Positions 50,377 through 57,364 of a stretch of 64,000 bases of DNA are shown one piece after another; positions within the stretch are counted from its first letter, which is position 1, and every line of letters starts with the position of its first letter. A program made the position numbers and the translations under genes. This DNA is from an uncultured Pelagibacteraceae bacterium (lineage in GTDB: Bacteria > Pseudomonadota > Alphaproteobacteria > Pelagibacterales > Pelagibacteraceae). The notes beneath the pieces were generated by a model. It saw nothing but the letters and a program-made list of their open reading frames with translations, did not search any database and was not told where the DNA came from. The DNA is taken from the NCBI GenBank assembly GCA_902579115.1, contig CACHFP010000002.1:27251-91250 (forward strand), read 5' to 3'.

Positions 50377-50943
50377 TTATTTGTAAGCTTTATTTCCGAT
50401 CCACTCCATAAACTCAGATGTATAAACTCCGATATTTAAATTATTCTTAATATTCATATCTTTATGAAAGTTGTCGCAATACGCTGTAAATCTATCTCCA
50501 TTTTGGTTTTGAAACTTAAATCCACTTGTAAAACTTCTTCCAGTTTTATCCTGCATGTGAGGCTTGTTAGTTTTGGTTTCTTTTTTATAACCTTTAAATA
50601 AATTTGAAACGCTTTGCTCAACTTCTTTAAGTTTATTAATGCACTCATTATAATTCATAGCCATGCCTCCTCTAAGACCATCTATGATATAATTTTTATC
50701 TCCTTTTTTGTAATGAAAATTGATCCAATCATAGTTATTCGTTTTAATGTTAAATAAAACTGGGATGTATTTATCGTCCCGATAAAAACTTGTTTTATTG
50801 TTTTTAATTTTATCTTTGTCAAAAAATTTAAGGGCACTTTCCCCTATACTTAAACCTTCAATTTGAAAGTCTCTAATATCACCTGCCCAAGATGGAGTTA
50901 TTGAGCATAAACTTAAAATAACGATCACTAAAAGTTTTTTCAT
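50377..50943 (-). CDS. Secreted protein, island family member 1 (unknown function)
   Basis: Signal peptide MKKLLVIVILSLCSITPSWA, then GDIRDFQIEGLSIGESAL. It is paralogous to 54150-54746 and 54763-55332 and shares DKTG(R/K)S and a C-terminal W(I/L)..(K/E)A(Y/F)(K/R). Confidence 0.55.
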   Translation of the reverse strand: MKKLLVIVILSLCSITPSWAGDIRDFQIEGLSIGESALKFFDKDKIKNNKTSFYRDDKYIPVLFNIKTNNYDWINFHYKKGDKNYIIDGLRGGMAMNYNECINKLKEVEQSVSNLFKGYKKETKTNKPHMQDKTGRSFTSGFKFQNQNGDRFTAYCDNFHKDMNIKNNLNIGVYTSEFMEWIGNKAYK

Positions 50944-51363
50944 TTAACTAACTCTATATCCCTTTGCAAAAAAAACTTTATTGATAATATCAAAAAAATA
51001 ATAGGCCGTTTTATTATAAGTATATATATGAATGGTGCATTGAAATTTTGTATCTTCCTCTCTTAATTTTGTTTTTTGCCATTTATAACAAAGCTTATTA
51101 TCTTCTACCTTCCATTTTCCAATAATCTCACCTTCAGATTTAGAATATCCTAAATAATCTCCTTGTGAACTATGGGTTTCTTCAAAATAATTCTCATCAT
51201 AAAAATCATATCCGACAATCTTTTTATTGCTTAATGCTGTTTTAATTTCATAAGATTTAAGTTTTCTCAATTTGTTTATGTCAATCTTTGATAGATCTTC
51301 AAATGCAATTCCTGGGGTACAAAACAACAAACCTAGAACCAAGATCACTAAAAGTTTTTTCAT
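50944..51363 (-). CDS. Secreted hypothetical protein
   Basis: Signal peptide MKKLLVILVLGLLFCTPGIA. I recognised no family. Its stop abuts the next gene's start. Confidence 0.45.
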   Translation of the reverse strand: MKKLLVILVLGLLFCTPGIAFEDLSKIDINKLRKLKSYEIKTALSNKKIVGYDFYDENYFEETHSSQGDYLGYSKSEGEIIGKWKVEDNKLCYKWQKTKLREEDTKFQCTIHIYTYNKTAYYFFDIINKVFFAKGYRVS

Positions 51364-51630
51364 TTAACCCAACATATTCATCATCCATAAAGGAACACCA
51401 AATACAAAGCACCATGCTCCTAGTGGGCCAACCAGCGGCCAGATTAAAAAAGACATTGCTATCATCCAAGGGCTATCAAATTTAAAACCTAAATAGAAAA
51501 AATATAGATCTCCAAGAAATATGATTGCAATTATAGCCCATGTACCAAATACACCAACGCTAGCTGCTAGTCCTGCAAATAGATTTGAAAAAACGTTAGC
51601 TTTATTTTGATTTTTTCTTTTCATAATCAC
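51364..51630 (-). CDS. Small hypothetical membrane protein
   Basis: 88 aa with 2-3 TM segments. It has a GTG start at 51630 or ATG at 51624. Confidence 0.4.
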   Translation of the reverse strand: MIMKRKNQNKANVFSNLFAGLAASVGVFGTWAIIAIIFLGDLYFFYLGFKFDSPWMIAMSFLIWPLVGPLGAWCFVFGVPLWMMNMLG

Positions 51631-51632
51631 AT

Positions 51633-51792
51633 CATATCCGGACTCACTGGCGGACTCAATACGGACTCACCCAGCAAAGAAATAGCCGTTTTTTATAATC
51701 TAGAATTGTTGTATAACGTTAAAAGGTTCACGGCACCTGGCAACAGAACGGCCCTGCGTATTGGCGTTAACACTTATTAATTCACAACTTTT
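51633..51792 (+). repeat. Repeat copy B: left arm (three CGGACTCA repeats) + ssrA-end core + right arm (attP-like composite)
   Basis: 51633-51754 is 115/122 identical to 53545-53666. 51732-51792 is 59/61 identical to 50258-50318. Confidence 0.8.
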
Positions 51793-51832
51793 TTCATTTT
51801 GGGCACACATAGGTCACAGTGAATAAATTTTA

Positions 51833-52786
51833 TCACTCTAAATTTTTTAATCTTTTGTTAAATACAAAGTAAATTTTTTCAAGTTTTTCAATTAGCCATT
51901 CAACGTATTCATCCCATTTTTCCTCTTTATCAAAGAAACTATTCTCTTTCACAATTTTAATTCTTGAAGCAACTCTGTGAGGAAGCGGCTCCCAAAGAAA
52001 TTTTTCACCAAATTCTTTCTCGATTTTATCTTTTTCTTTTTCTAATATTTCAAAAATTTTTTGATCATCAACAATATATAATTCTGCAACAAGCCTATTA
52101 TCTCTTGCGTTAAAAACTGCATGAACTCCAATACCAGATACACCGCTTGCAAAAGTATGCCAATGTTGAGGTCTTGGCTTTCTTGTTGTTAAAGGTGTTT
52201 CTTCTCTCTCTCTTAATTTAGAAGTTAATCTCTCCCAAAAAGCTAATTGTTTAATTTTGGTATCACTTAGATTTTCAGTATCAATTTTTTGTGCTGCTGT
52301 TGAAACTTTTTTATACCAATTATTTGGTTTGCTTATTATATCAAATCTTGGTGCCATGCTTTCGCCTATCTTTAATACTTCGATCTGAACTCCAAAAAAA
52401 TTATACTCTTCTCCAGTAATTTTGTTTAACCAATCTAAAGTTGCTCTGTGTTCTTCATGAAATTTTGCAGCGACCCAAATTATAGTAGCTGCGTTTAATC
52501 CAGTTGCATAAGTTAATAATTGGCCAAGATGTTTATGGTCTGTTTTTTCTAATTGATTTTCTATTAATACCCAATTTCCACTTGCTTCATCTTTGCAGAG
52601 AATATCAGCACTAAAAGGACCAACATCTTTTTCTCTTGCTTCAACTATTAACTCGATACCAATCGCTTTGCTTAAAAGTTTAATGTTATCCTCTTTTGCA
52701 AGCCAAGGCGTAAACTCTGTGCCTTCGTGCTCCCAAATATCTCTTATCTCCACTTTTTCGATTTCTTTAAGATCAATTTTTTTCAT
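51833..52786 (-). CDS. PD-(D/E)xK nuclease-like N-terminal domain fused to a DUF4268-like C-terminal domain
   Basis: GPFSADILCKDEASGNWVLIENQLEKTDHKHLGQLLTY fits a D...E.K nuclease core of the NucS/DUF91-like type. The C-terminal half resembles DUF4268 as I recall it. Confidence 0.5.
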   Translation of the reverse strand: MKKIDLKEIEKVEIRDIWEHEGTEFTPWLAKEDNIKLLSKAIGIELIVEAREKDVGPFSADILCKDEASGNWVLIENQLEKTDHKHLGQLLTYATGLNAATIIWVAAKFHEEHRATLDWLNKITGEEYNFFGVQIEVLKIGESMAPRFDIISKPNNWYKKVSTAAQKIDTENLSDTKIKQLAFWERLTSKLREREETPLTTRKPRPQHWHTFASGVSGIGVHAVFNARDNRLVAELYIVDDQKIFEILEKEKDKIEKEFGEKFLWEPLPHRVASRIKIVKENSFFDKEEKWDEYVEWLIEKLEKIYFVFNKRLKNLE

Positions 52787-52792
52787 TTTTTA

Positions 52793-53536
52793 TTATTTAA
52801 TATCAAAATCTGCAATTATTGGATAGTGATCACTTAATGCAGAAGTTTCAGCGTTCTCCAATACTTCAATCTTTTGCAATTTATTGTATAAATCTTTGCT
52901 AGCAAACATATGATCAATCTGCCAAGGCACTTTATCCCGTCCGCTTTTATTTCTAAATGTTCGAACAAAGTTGGGGTATTTTTTAATTAAACAGTCTTCT
53001 AATAAAAAGTCCTCAATTCTTTCGAATATTATTTGTGATGTTCTCATACCTTTTCTCCAATACATGCCTTCAGTAGTATCCATTCGTTTATCTACATTAA
53101 AATCTCCTGCAAGAATAAAACTTTTAAATTTTTCATCAGACCAGCCTAAAAAGATAGGTGTTAGATCTGAGAGCATATTATGAATATTCGGCGCAACTGT
53201 TTTTTGGTTCTTAGATATTGCAGTTAAAATGCCGTAGAGATTGATAACAGCAATCTTCGTGTCTGCTAATATAATTTCTGAAACTATTAAAGATCCTTTA
53301 TATTTAGTATTAATTTCTGTTCTATTGATTTCTGTTCCGAAAGAAATAATGCAGTTCCCAAAATTTCTTTTTTCTCCATCAATCTGATTAATTTGATCGA
53401 AAAGAATATTTTTTTCATTAAGATTATTCGAAGCTTTAACTTCTTGAAGCAAATAGAGATCAGCTTTTAAAGAATTTTTTAAAACAAAATCCAACGTTTT
53501 ATCTCTTCCGTTAATATTCCAAGAAACTATCTTCAT
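52793..53536 (-). CDS. Endonuclease/exonuclease/phosphatase (EEP) family protein
   Basis: MKIVSWNINGR start, LQEVK, GDFN and C-terminal SDHYPIIADF, which are the canonical EEP/ExoIII-like motifs. Confidence 0.7.
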   Translation of the reverse strand: MKIVSWNINGRDKTLDFVLKNSLKADLYLLQEVKASNNLNEKNILFDQINQIDGEKRNFGNCIISFGTEINRTEINTKYKGSLIVSEIILADTKIAVINLYGILTAISKNQKTVAPNIHNMLSDLTPIFLGWSDEKFKSFILAGDFNVDKRMDTTEGMYWRKGMRTSQIIFERIEDFLLEDCLIKKYPNFVRTFRNKSGRDKVPWQIDHMFASKDLYNKLQKIEVLENAETSALSDHYPIIADFDIK

Positions 53537-53544
53537 TTAATCAA

Positions 53545-53666
53545 CATATCCGGACTCACTGGCGGGCACAATACGGACTCACCCAGCAAAGAAATAGACG
53601 TTTTTTATGATCTAGAATTGTTGTATAACGTTAAAAGGTTCACGGCACCTGACAAAAGAACGCCCC
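53545..53666 (+). repeat. Repeat copy C: left arm + ssrA-end core
   Basis: 122 nt with 7 mismatches to 51633-51754. The core GGCACCTGACAAAAGAACGCCCC lies at 53644-53666. Confidence 0.8.
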
Positions 53667-53701
53667 TTTTCGAATTATCATTTTTAGTATAAAAAAGATT
53701 T

Positions 53702-54070
53702 ATGAATTTTCAAAACTCAATTAAAATATGCTTTCAAAAGTTTGCCGATTTTAACGGAAGAGCATCTCGATCGGAGTTTTGGTATTTTTATCTATTCGCA
53801 ATTTTAGTTTATTTCATTACGATATTTATAGCTATTCAAATACCATTCTTTTTCGCAATAGCTATTTTATTTGCATTAATACTTTTTGTTCCTGCATTAG
53901 CTGTAACGGCAAGACGTTTGCACGATACCGGTAAATCTGGATGGTGGCAATTAACAGCTTACATCCCTTACGTTGGAATTATAGCTTCGATAATTTTAAT
54001 CGTTGTTTGGTGCACTGAAGGTGAGAAAAAGAAAAATAAATACGGAAAACCAATAAAATTTAAACGTTAA
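53702..54070 (+). CDS. DUF805 family inner membrane protein
   Basis: GRASRSEFWYFYLF and ARRLHDTGKSGWW motifs. It is the only plus-strand gene in the array. Confidence 0.7.
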   Translation: MNFQNSIKICFQKFADFNGRASRSEFWYFYLFAILVYFITIFIAIQIPFFFAIAILFALILFVPALAVTARRLHDTGKSGWWQLTAYIPYVGIIASIILIVVWCTEGEKKKNKYGKPIKFKR

Positions 54071-54071
54071 C

Positions 54072-54094
54072 GGTACTTAGCAACAGAACGCCCA
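54072..54094 (+). repeat. Repeat copy D: ssrA-end core only
   Basis: GGTACTTAGCAACAGAACGCCCA has 19/23 identity to the core. It starts 2 nt after the DUF805 stop. Confidence 0.6.
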
Positions 54095-54149
54095 TTTTAA
54101 TGACTTAGGACTCGCATTAAATGTCGAGTTCTAAAAAAAAAGCTAGGTA

Positions 54150-54746
54150 TTATTTAAAAGCTTCATATCTTAACCAATTTTCATATTCTTTTGAATATAA
54201 GCCTACACCTAAGTTATCTATCCATTGTTTTTCTTTTGTAATTTTTTTTGACCAGTCTACACAATCGATTACAATTATTTCTGATGTTTTTGAAAATGTT
54301 ATCTCTATATCTTTTTTTTTGCTTTTTCCAGTCTTGTCTCCTGGATGATTGTAAATGGATCCTTCTTTAATTTTAAGATTATCAAATGTGGCGTTTATTT
54401 TTTTTGAAATTTCTTTTTGTTTTTTTAAACAATCACCGAATGGCTTATTGTCAAAAAATATACCGCCTGAGATATTATAAATTTTAAAATTTTTATCGTT
54501 TTGTTTAAATGCAAACTGAATATTTTCATAAGTAGTGCCTTTAGATACAATATCAATTAAATAAAATTTTTTATTAGGGTAGTAAGACTTAAGTGCATTG
54601 CTTAACTCATCTTTGGTATAATAATTTAAAGCGCTATCACCGATACTCATACCTTCTATCTGAAAGTCTCTAATATCATCTGCTTGTGATGGGATTATAA
54701 AGTAAAAGCTTAGAAATATGATTACTAAAATTTTTTTCATATTCAA
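54150..54746 (-). CDS. Secreted protein, island family member 2
   Basis: Signal peptide, then DDIRDFQIEGMSIGDSAL, DKTGKSK and a C-terminal WLRYEAFK. Confidence 0.55.
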   Translation of the reverse strand: MNMKKILVIIFLSFYFIIPSQADDIRDFQIEGMSIGDSALNYYTKDELSNALKSYYPNKKFYLIDIVSKGTTYENIQFAFKQNDKNFKIYNISGGIFFDNKPFGDCLKKQKEISKKINATFDNLKIKEGSIYNHPGDKTGKSKKKDIEITFSKTSEIIVIDCVDWSKKITKEKQWIDNLGVGLYSKEYENWLRYEAFK

Positions 54747-54762
54747 TTATCCTAGAATAATT

Positions 54763-55332
54763 TTATCGATAAGCTTTATTTCTAATCCAAAAAAGAAGAT
54801 CTGTACTTGTCAAGCTTACGTTAAGTGGGGCTCCATACTTTGCTTTTAGATCTCCTTCATATTTGAAACATGCAGCATTTAAATTCCCACCATTTAACTT
54901 AAATGAAGTTTGAATAACCTTACTTTTACCGGTTTTATCAATTCCGTGTACTTTGTTATTTTTTTTTCCTTTTGTACTAACACTAGAACTGACATTTTTG
55001 ATGATTTTTTTTTGTTTCTTTGAACAGTCCTTAAAATTGTTGAATTTGATCTCACCAATAACTGCTTCGATTATATATTTTTGATCTTTAGATTTATAAA
55101 ATACAGAAATTGCATCGTATTCTGAAGAGGTTTTTGTAATTCGTGCATGAGTAAAACTTTTATCTTTATATAAGTCCACCTTAAAAGATTTTTTTATTTC
55201 TTCTTTGCTTAAATGTTTTAGTAAACTTTCACCAATACTCATTCCTTCAATTTCAATATCTTGAATATCATCCGCCTGAGATTGGAGCATGAAACATAAG
55301 CTTAGAGCGGTAATAGCTAAAAGTTTTTTCAT
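54763..55332 (-). CDS. Secreted protein, island family member 3
   Basis: Signal peptide MKKLLAITALSLCFMLQSQA, then DDIQDIEIEGMSIGESLL, DKTGKSK and a C-terminal WIRNKAYR. The ORF-track start at 55356 is a GTG that adds 8 residues and reaches into the repeat. Confidence 0.55.
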   Translation of the reverse strand: MKKLLAITALSLCFMLQSQADDIQDIEIEGMSIGESLLKHLSKEEIKKSFKVDLYKDKSFTHARITKTSSEYDAISVFYKSKDQKYIIEAVIGEIKFNNFKDCSKKQKKIIKNVSSSVSTKGKKNNKVHGIDKTGKSKVIQTSFKLNGGNLNAACFKYEGDLKAKYGAPLNVSLTSTDLLFWIRNKAYR

Positions 55333-55353
55333 CAGTCTCATCTTATTCGGAAA

Positions 55354-55526
55354 CACCTAAGAAAGAAATAGCCGTTTTTTATGATTTAGTAATGTTATAT
55401 AATGACTTCTTACGAAAGGAGTCGAAATGAGTGGTTTGGAAATATTAATTGTTGTTGCGGTTTTAATTGCGATAACTAATTGAAATGTGTTCTTGAGGTT
55501 AGGGGCACCTAGCAACAGAACGCCCC
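55354..55526 (+). repeat. Repeat copy E: partial left arm, about 95-nt insertion, ssrA-end core
   Basis: CACCTAAGAAAGAAATAGCCGTTTTTTATGATTTAGTAATGTTATATAATGAC parallels the left arm of copies B and C. The core GGCACCTAGCAACAGAACGCCCC lies at 55504-55526 (22/23). Confidence 0.65.
55427..55483 (+). CDS. Candidate 18-aa hydrophobic peptide (MSGLEILIVVAVLIAITN), type I toxin-like
   Basis: TATAAT at 55398-55403, AAGGAG at 55416-55421, a 5-nt spacer, then the ATG. The ORF is followed by the GGGGC...GCCCC hairpin of the repeat core. Confidence 0.35.
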   Translation: MSGLEILIVVAVLIAITN

Positions 55527-56198
55527 CTAGAATTTGTAAATTTCCTTCAATAATTGTTTTAATTCAATTTCATCTGTCCTGGCATATAAATCAAAAAGAA
55601 TTGAATTAAGAATATCTTTATAATGTCTATAATTTTTATCATTTCCAAAAGAGGAAAATTTCATCTGTGAAAGTTTTATCTCTGTCGGACTGAAGATTTG
55701 AGGAACTTTGATATAACCTACACTGCCATATAAATTTGATTTTTTTATCAAAAAATTAACGTCTTTGTTTTTTTTTGGCCAAATTTTATCTGGTATATTT
55801 TCATTTATTTTTTTTGCGAGGCCAATATTATCTTCATAAATTTGTTTATTATCATTATTTTGATAATCTTTTTTTATATTTATATCTAAAAAAAATTTCG
55901 GGTTATATATATCTAAATTTTTAATTATTATTAAGTCTGAAAAAATTGAGTCCATCTCAAAATTAATTTCTATTTTTTCAGCTTTAAAAATATTTTTGAA
56001 GTAGTTTTTATCTTTATTTAAAATCTCTATATCCTCTATTTTAACATTACCAGAATAATTAAAATTTAATTTTTTAATCTTTACTGGTCTTTCAACCCAA
56101 TTAGAAAATTTATTGATATAGAAGTTAGAAATAATTTTTTTATTAAAAAAAATTAAAATAGAAATAATTATGAGGACGATCACATTTATTCTCGACAT
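55527..56198 (-). CDS. Hypothetical membrane-anchored protein (weakly AsmA-N-terminal-like)
   Basis: N-terminal TM segment, then an Asn/Lys/Ile-rich beta-like sequence. I made no confident family call. Confidence 0.35.
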   Translation of the reverse strand: MSRINVIVLIIISILIFFNKKIISNFYINKFSNWVERPVKIKKLNFNYSGNVKIEDIEILNKDKNYFKNIFKAEKIEINFEMDSIFSDLIIIKNLDIYNPKFFLDINIKKDYQNNDNKQIYEDNIGLAKKINENIPDKIWPKKNKDVNFLIKKSNLYGSVGYIKVPQIFSPTEIKLSQMKFSSFGNDKNYRHYKDILNSILFDLYARTDEIELKQLLKEIYKF

Positions 56199-56204
56199 GA
56201 AAAT

Positions 56205-56286
56205 ATCATATCTAGACTCACTGGCTGGCGCAATACAGACTTACCAATTGTAAAAATGTTTAGAGCACTAGGCAACTGAACGCCTC
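56205..56286 (+). repeat. Repeat copy F: degenerate left arm + degenerate core
   Basis: ATCATATCTAGACTCACTGGCTGGCGCAATACAGACTTACC parallels ATCATATCCGGACTCACTGGCGGACTCAATACGGACTCACC. The core AGCACTAGGCAACTGAACGCCTC has 18/23 identity. Confidence 0.55.
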
Positions 56287-56649
56287 TTATTCTCTCATAA
56301 AATTTTTATAAATTAATCCGTAAATTAAAATATTAATAATTATCAGCGATATACCAAGATATATTTGAATTTCAGCAGTTAATCCCTCAGGATAAACAAT
56401 AGGAAAAAAATAGTTGTTAATAAAATCATTAGAATAGGTTGTTAACTCTCCTTTATACAAAAACCAATTTTCGAGATAAGTTAATGGACAAACAGAATTT
56501 GTAAGTTCTATATAAATTCCCCATAATAACGCTGGGAGGTGAATATAGATGATTTTAGAAAAAATAAAGAAGAACAGTCCACCAAAAATAACAAATAAGA
56601 TAAAAATTAAATGTGCAATTAAAGTAATATTTGCAAGTAACTCGTACAT
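56287..56649 (-). CDS. DUF2784 family membrane protein
   Basis: About 120 aa with 4 TM segments. The motif CPLTYLENWF is characteristic of DUF2784. Confidence 0.55.
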   Translation of the reverse strand: MYELLANITLIAHLIFILFVIFGGLFFFIFSKIIYIHLPALLWGIYIELTNSVCPLTYLENWFLYKGELTTYSNDFINNYFFPIVYPEGLTAEIQIYLGISLIIINILIYGLIYKNFMRE

Positions 56650-56672
56650 TTAAATATATTAACTAAAATTCT

Positions 56673-56695
56673 AGACAACAAGCAACATAACGTTC
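56673..56695 (+). repeat. Possible repeat copy G (very degenerate core)
   Basis: GACAACAAGCAACATAACGTTCT has 14/23 identity to the core. It again abuts a minus-strand stop codon (56696). Confidence 0.25.
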
Positions 56696-56935
56696 TTAAC
56701 TTATATAAAGATTTATTATTCCAATAAGATAAATACTTGCCAAACCACAGTTCAAAGCTACAAGAGATTTTTCATTCCACAACCAAGATATTATTGCTAA
56801 ACCGCTGTTACCTATTAGAAAAATATAACAATATAATGGATAAAACCCTAAGGCTGCCGTTATTGCACCCGCTAAAATTGTTAATGTTGAGCACCATGCC
56901 CAGAATTGAAATGGTTTAGGTTTTAGTTTTTTCAT
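56696..56935 (-). CDS. Small hypothetical membrane protein (3 TM)
   Basis: 79 aa and hydrophobic. It overlaps the upstream gene by 20 nt. Confidence 0.4.
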   Translation of the reverse strand: MKKLKPKPFQFWAWCSTLTILAGAITAALGFYPLYCYIFLIGNSGLAIISWLWNEKSLVALNCGLASIYLIGIINLYIS

Positions 56936-57263
56936 TTAACTCATATAAATAAGCTTCTGTATTAGATCCATCATCAAAATTTACTTTTGAAATTATTCTT
57001 TTATAGCTCTTTCCTTCAAATTCATCTATTTCAAACAACTTTTCCTCTAATTTTTCTGATTGAAGTAACATTCCATATATTTTTGATCCGTTTTTATTAA
57101 GCTTAAGACCTGGATAACCATAATCTGGACCTGATCCTATGTTATAAAGGTTACCTATTACGTGAGCTTTTTTCCATGTTCCTTTTAAACTTTTTAAAAT
57201 ATCTTCGTGTTGTTTGCCAATTTGAAGAGTTCCATAAACAAAAATAGAGTCTATCTTTTCCAT
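56916..57263 (-). CDS. Gamma-glutamylcyclotransferase-like (AIG2/GGACT family) protein
   Basis: The FVYGTLQ start motif, a family length of about 115 aa, and DEFEG. Confidence 0.6.
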   Translation of the reverse strand: MEKIDSIFVYGTLQIGKQHEDILKSLKGTWKKAHVIGNLYNIGSGPDYGYPGLKLNKNGSKIYGMLLQSEKLEEKLFEIDEFEGKSYKRIISKVNFDDGSNTEAYLYELNEKTKT

Positions 57264-57283
57264 CTAAACAAAAACTGAAAAAA

Positions 57284-57364
57284 TTAAAAAATATATTTAT
57301 CAATCATATAAAGAATTATGCCAGCCGCAACTCCTAGAAGAATCCAGTGAAAATTATTTTTCAT
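57284..57364 (-). CDS. Candidate 26-aa membrane peptide (MKNNFHWILLGVAAGIILYMIDKYIF)
   Basis: Below the ORF-track size cut-off. Its ATG overlaps the upstream stop as TAATG. It has one TM segment. Confidence 0.3.
   Translation of the reverse strand: MKNNFHWILLGVAAGIILYMIDKYIF

Larger units (their letters stand above)
50258..56695. mobile_element. ssrA-linked hypervariable island: tandem array of small modules delimited by copies of the ssrA 3' end; no recombinase gene
   Basis: Seven same-orientation copies of GGCACCTGGCAACAGAACGCCCC or degenerate versions. Longer shared arms occur at two junctions. The cargo is accessory-type small genes. Confidence 0.5.

Noticed and set aside
54121-54348. 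75-aa plus-strand ORF starting in junction D (MSSSKKKARYY...).
   Set aside because: Most of it is antisense to the secreted-family gene 54150-54746, and its composition looks like a mirror-frame artefact.
50258-56695. Whether the reiterated motif array is a CRISPR locus.
   Set aside because: Repeat spacing is irregular (0.4-1.9 kb) and the intervals contain intact ORFs with signal peptides and TM segments. The repeats decay in sequence and no cas genes are present.
50258-56695. Whether the array is a classical integron.
   Set aside because: There is no intI gene or attI next to the array within the window. The junctions lack the imperfect inverted R''/L''-L'/R' structure with GTTRRRY cores expected of attC sites. 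The reiterated core is instead identical to the tmRNA gene end. An integron-like mechanism with a distant recombinase is kept only as a hypothesis in the findings.
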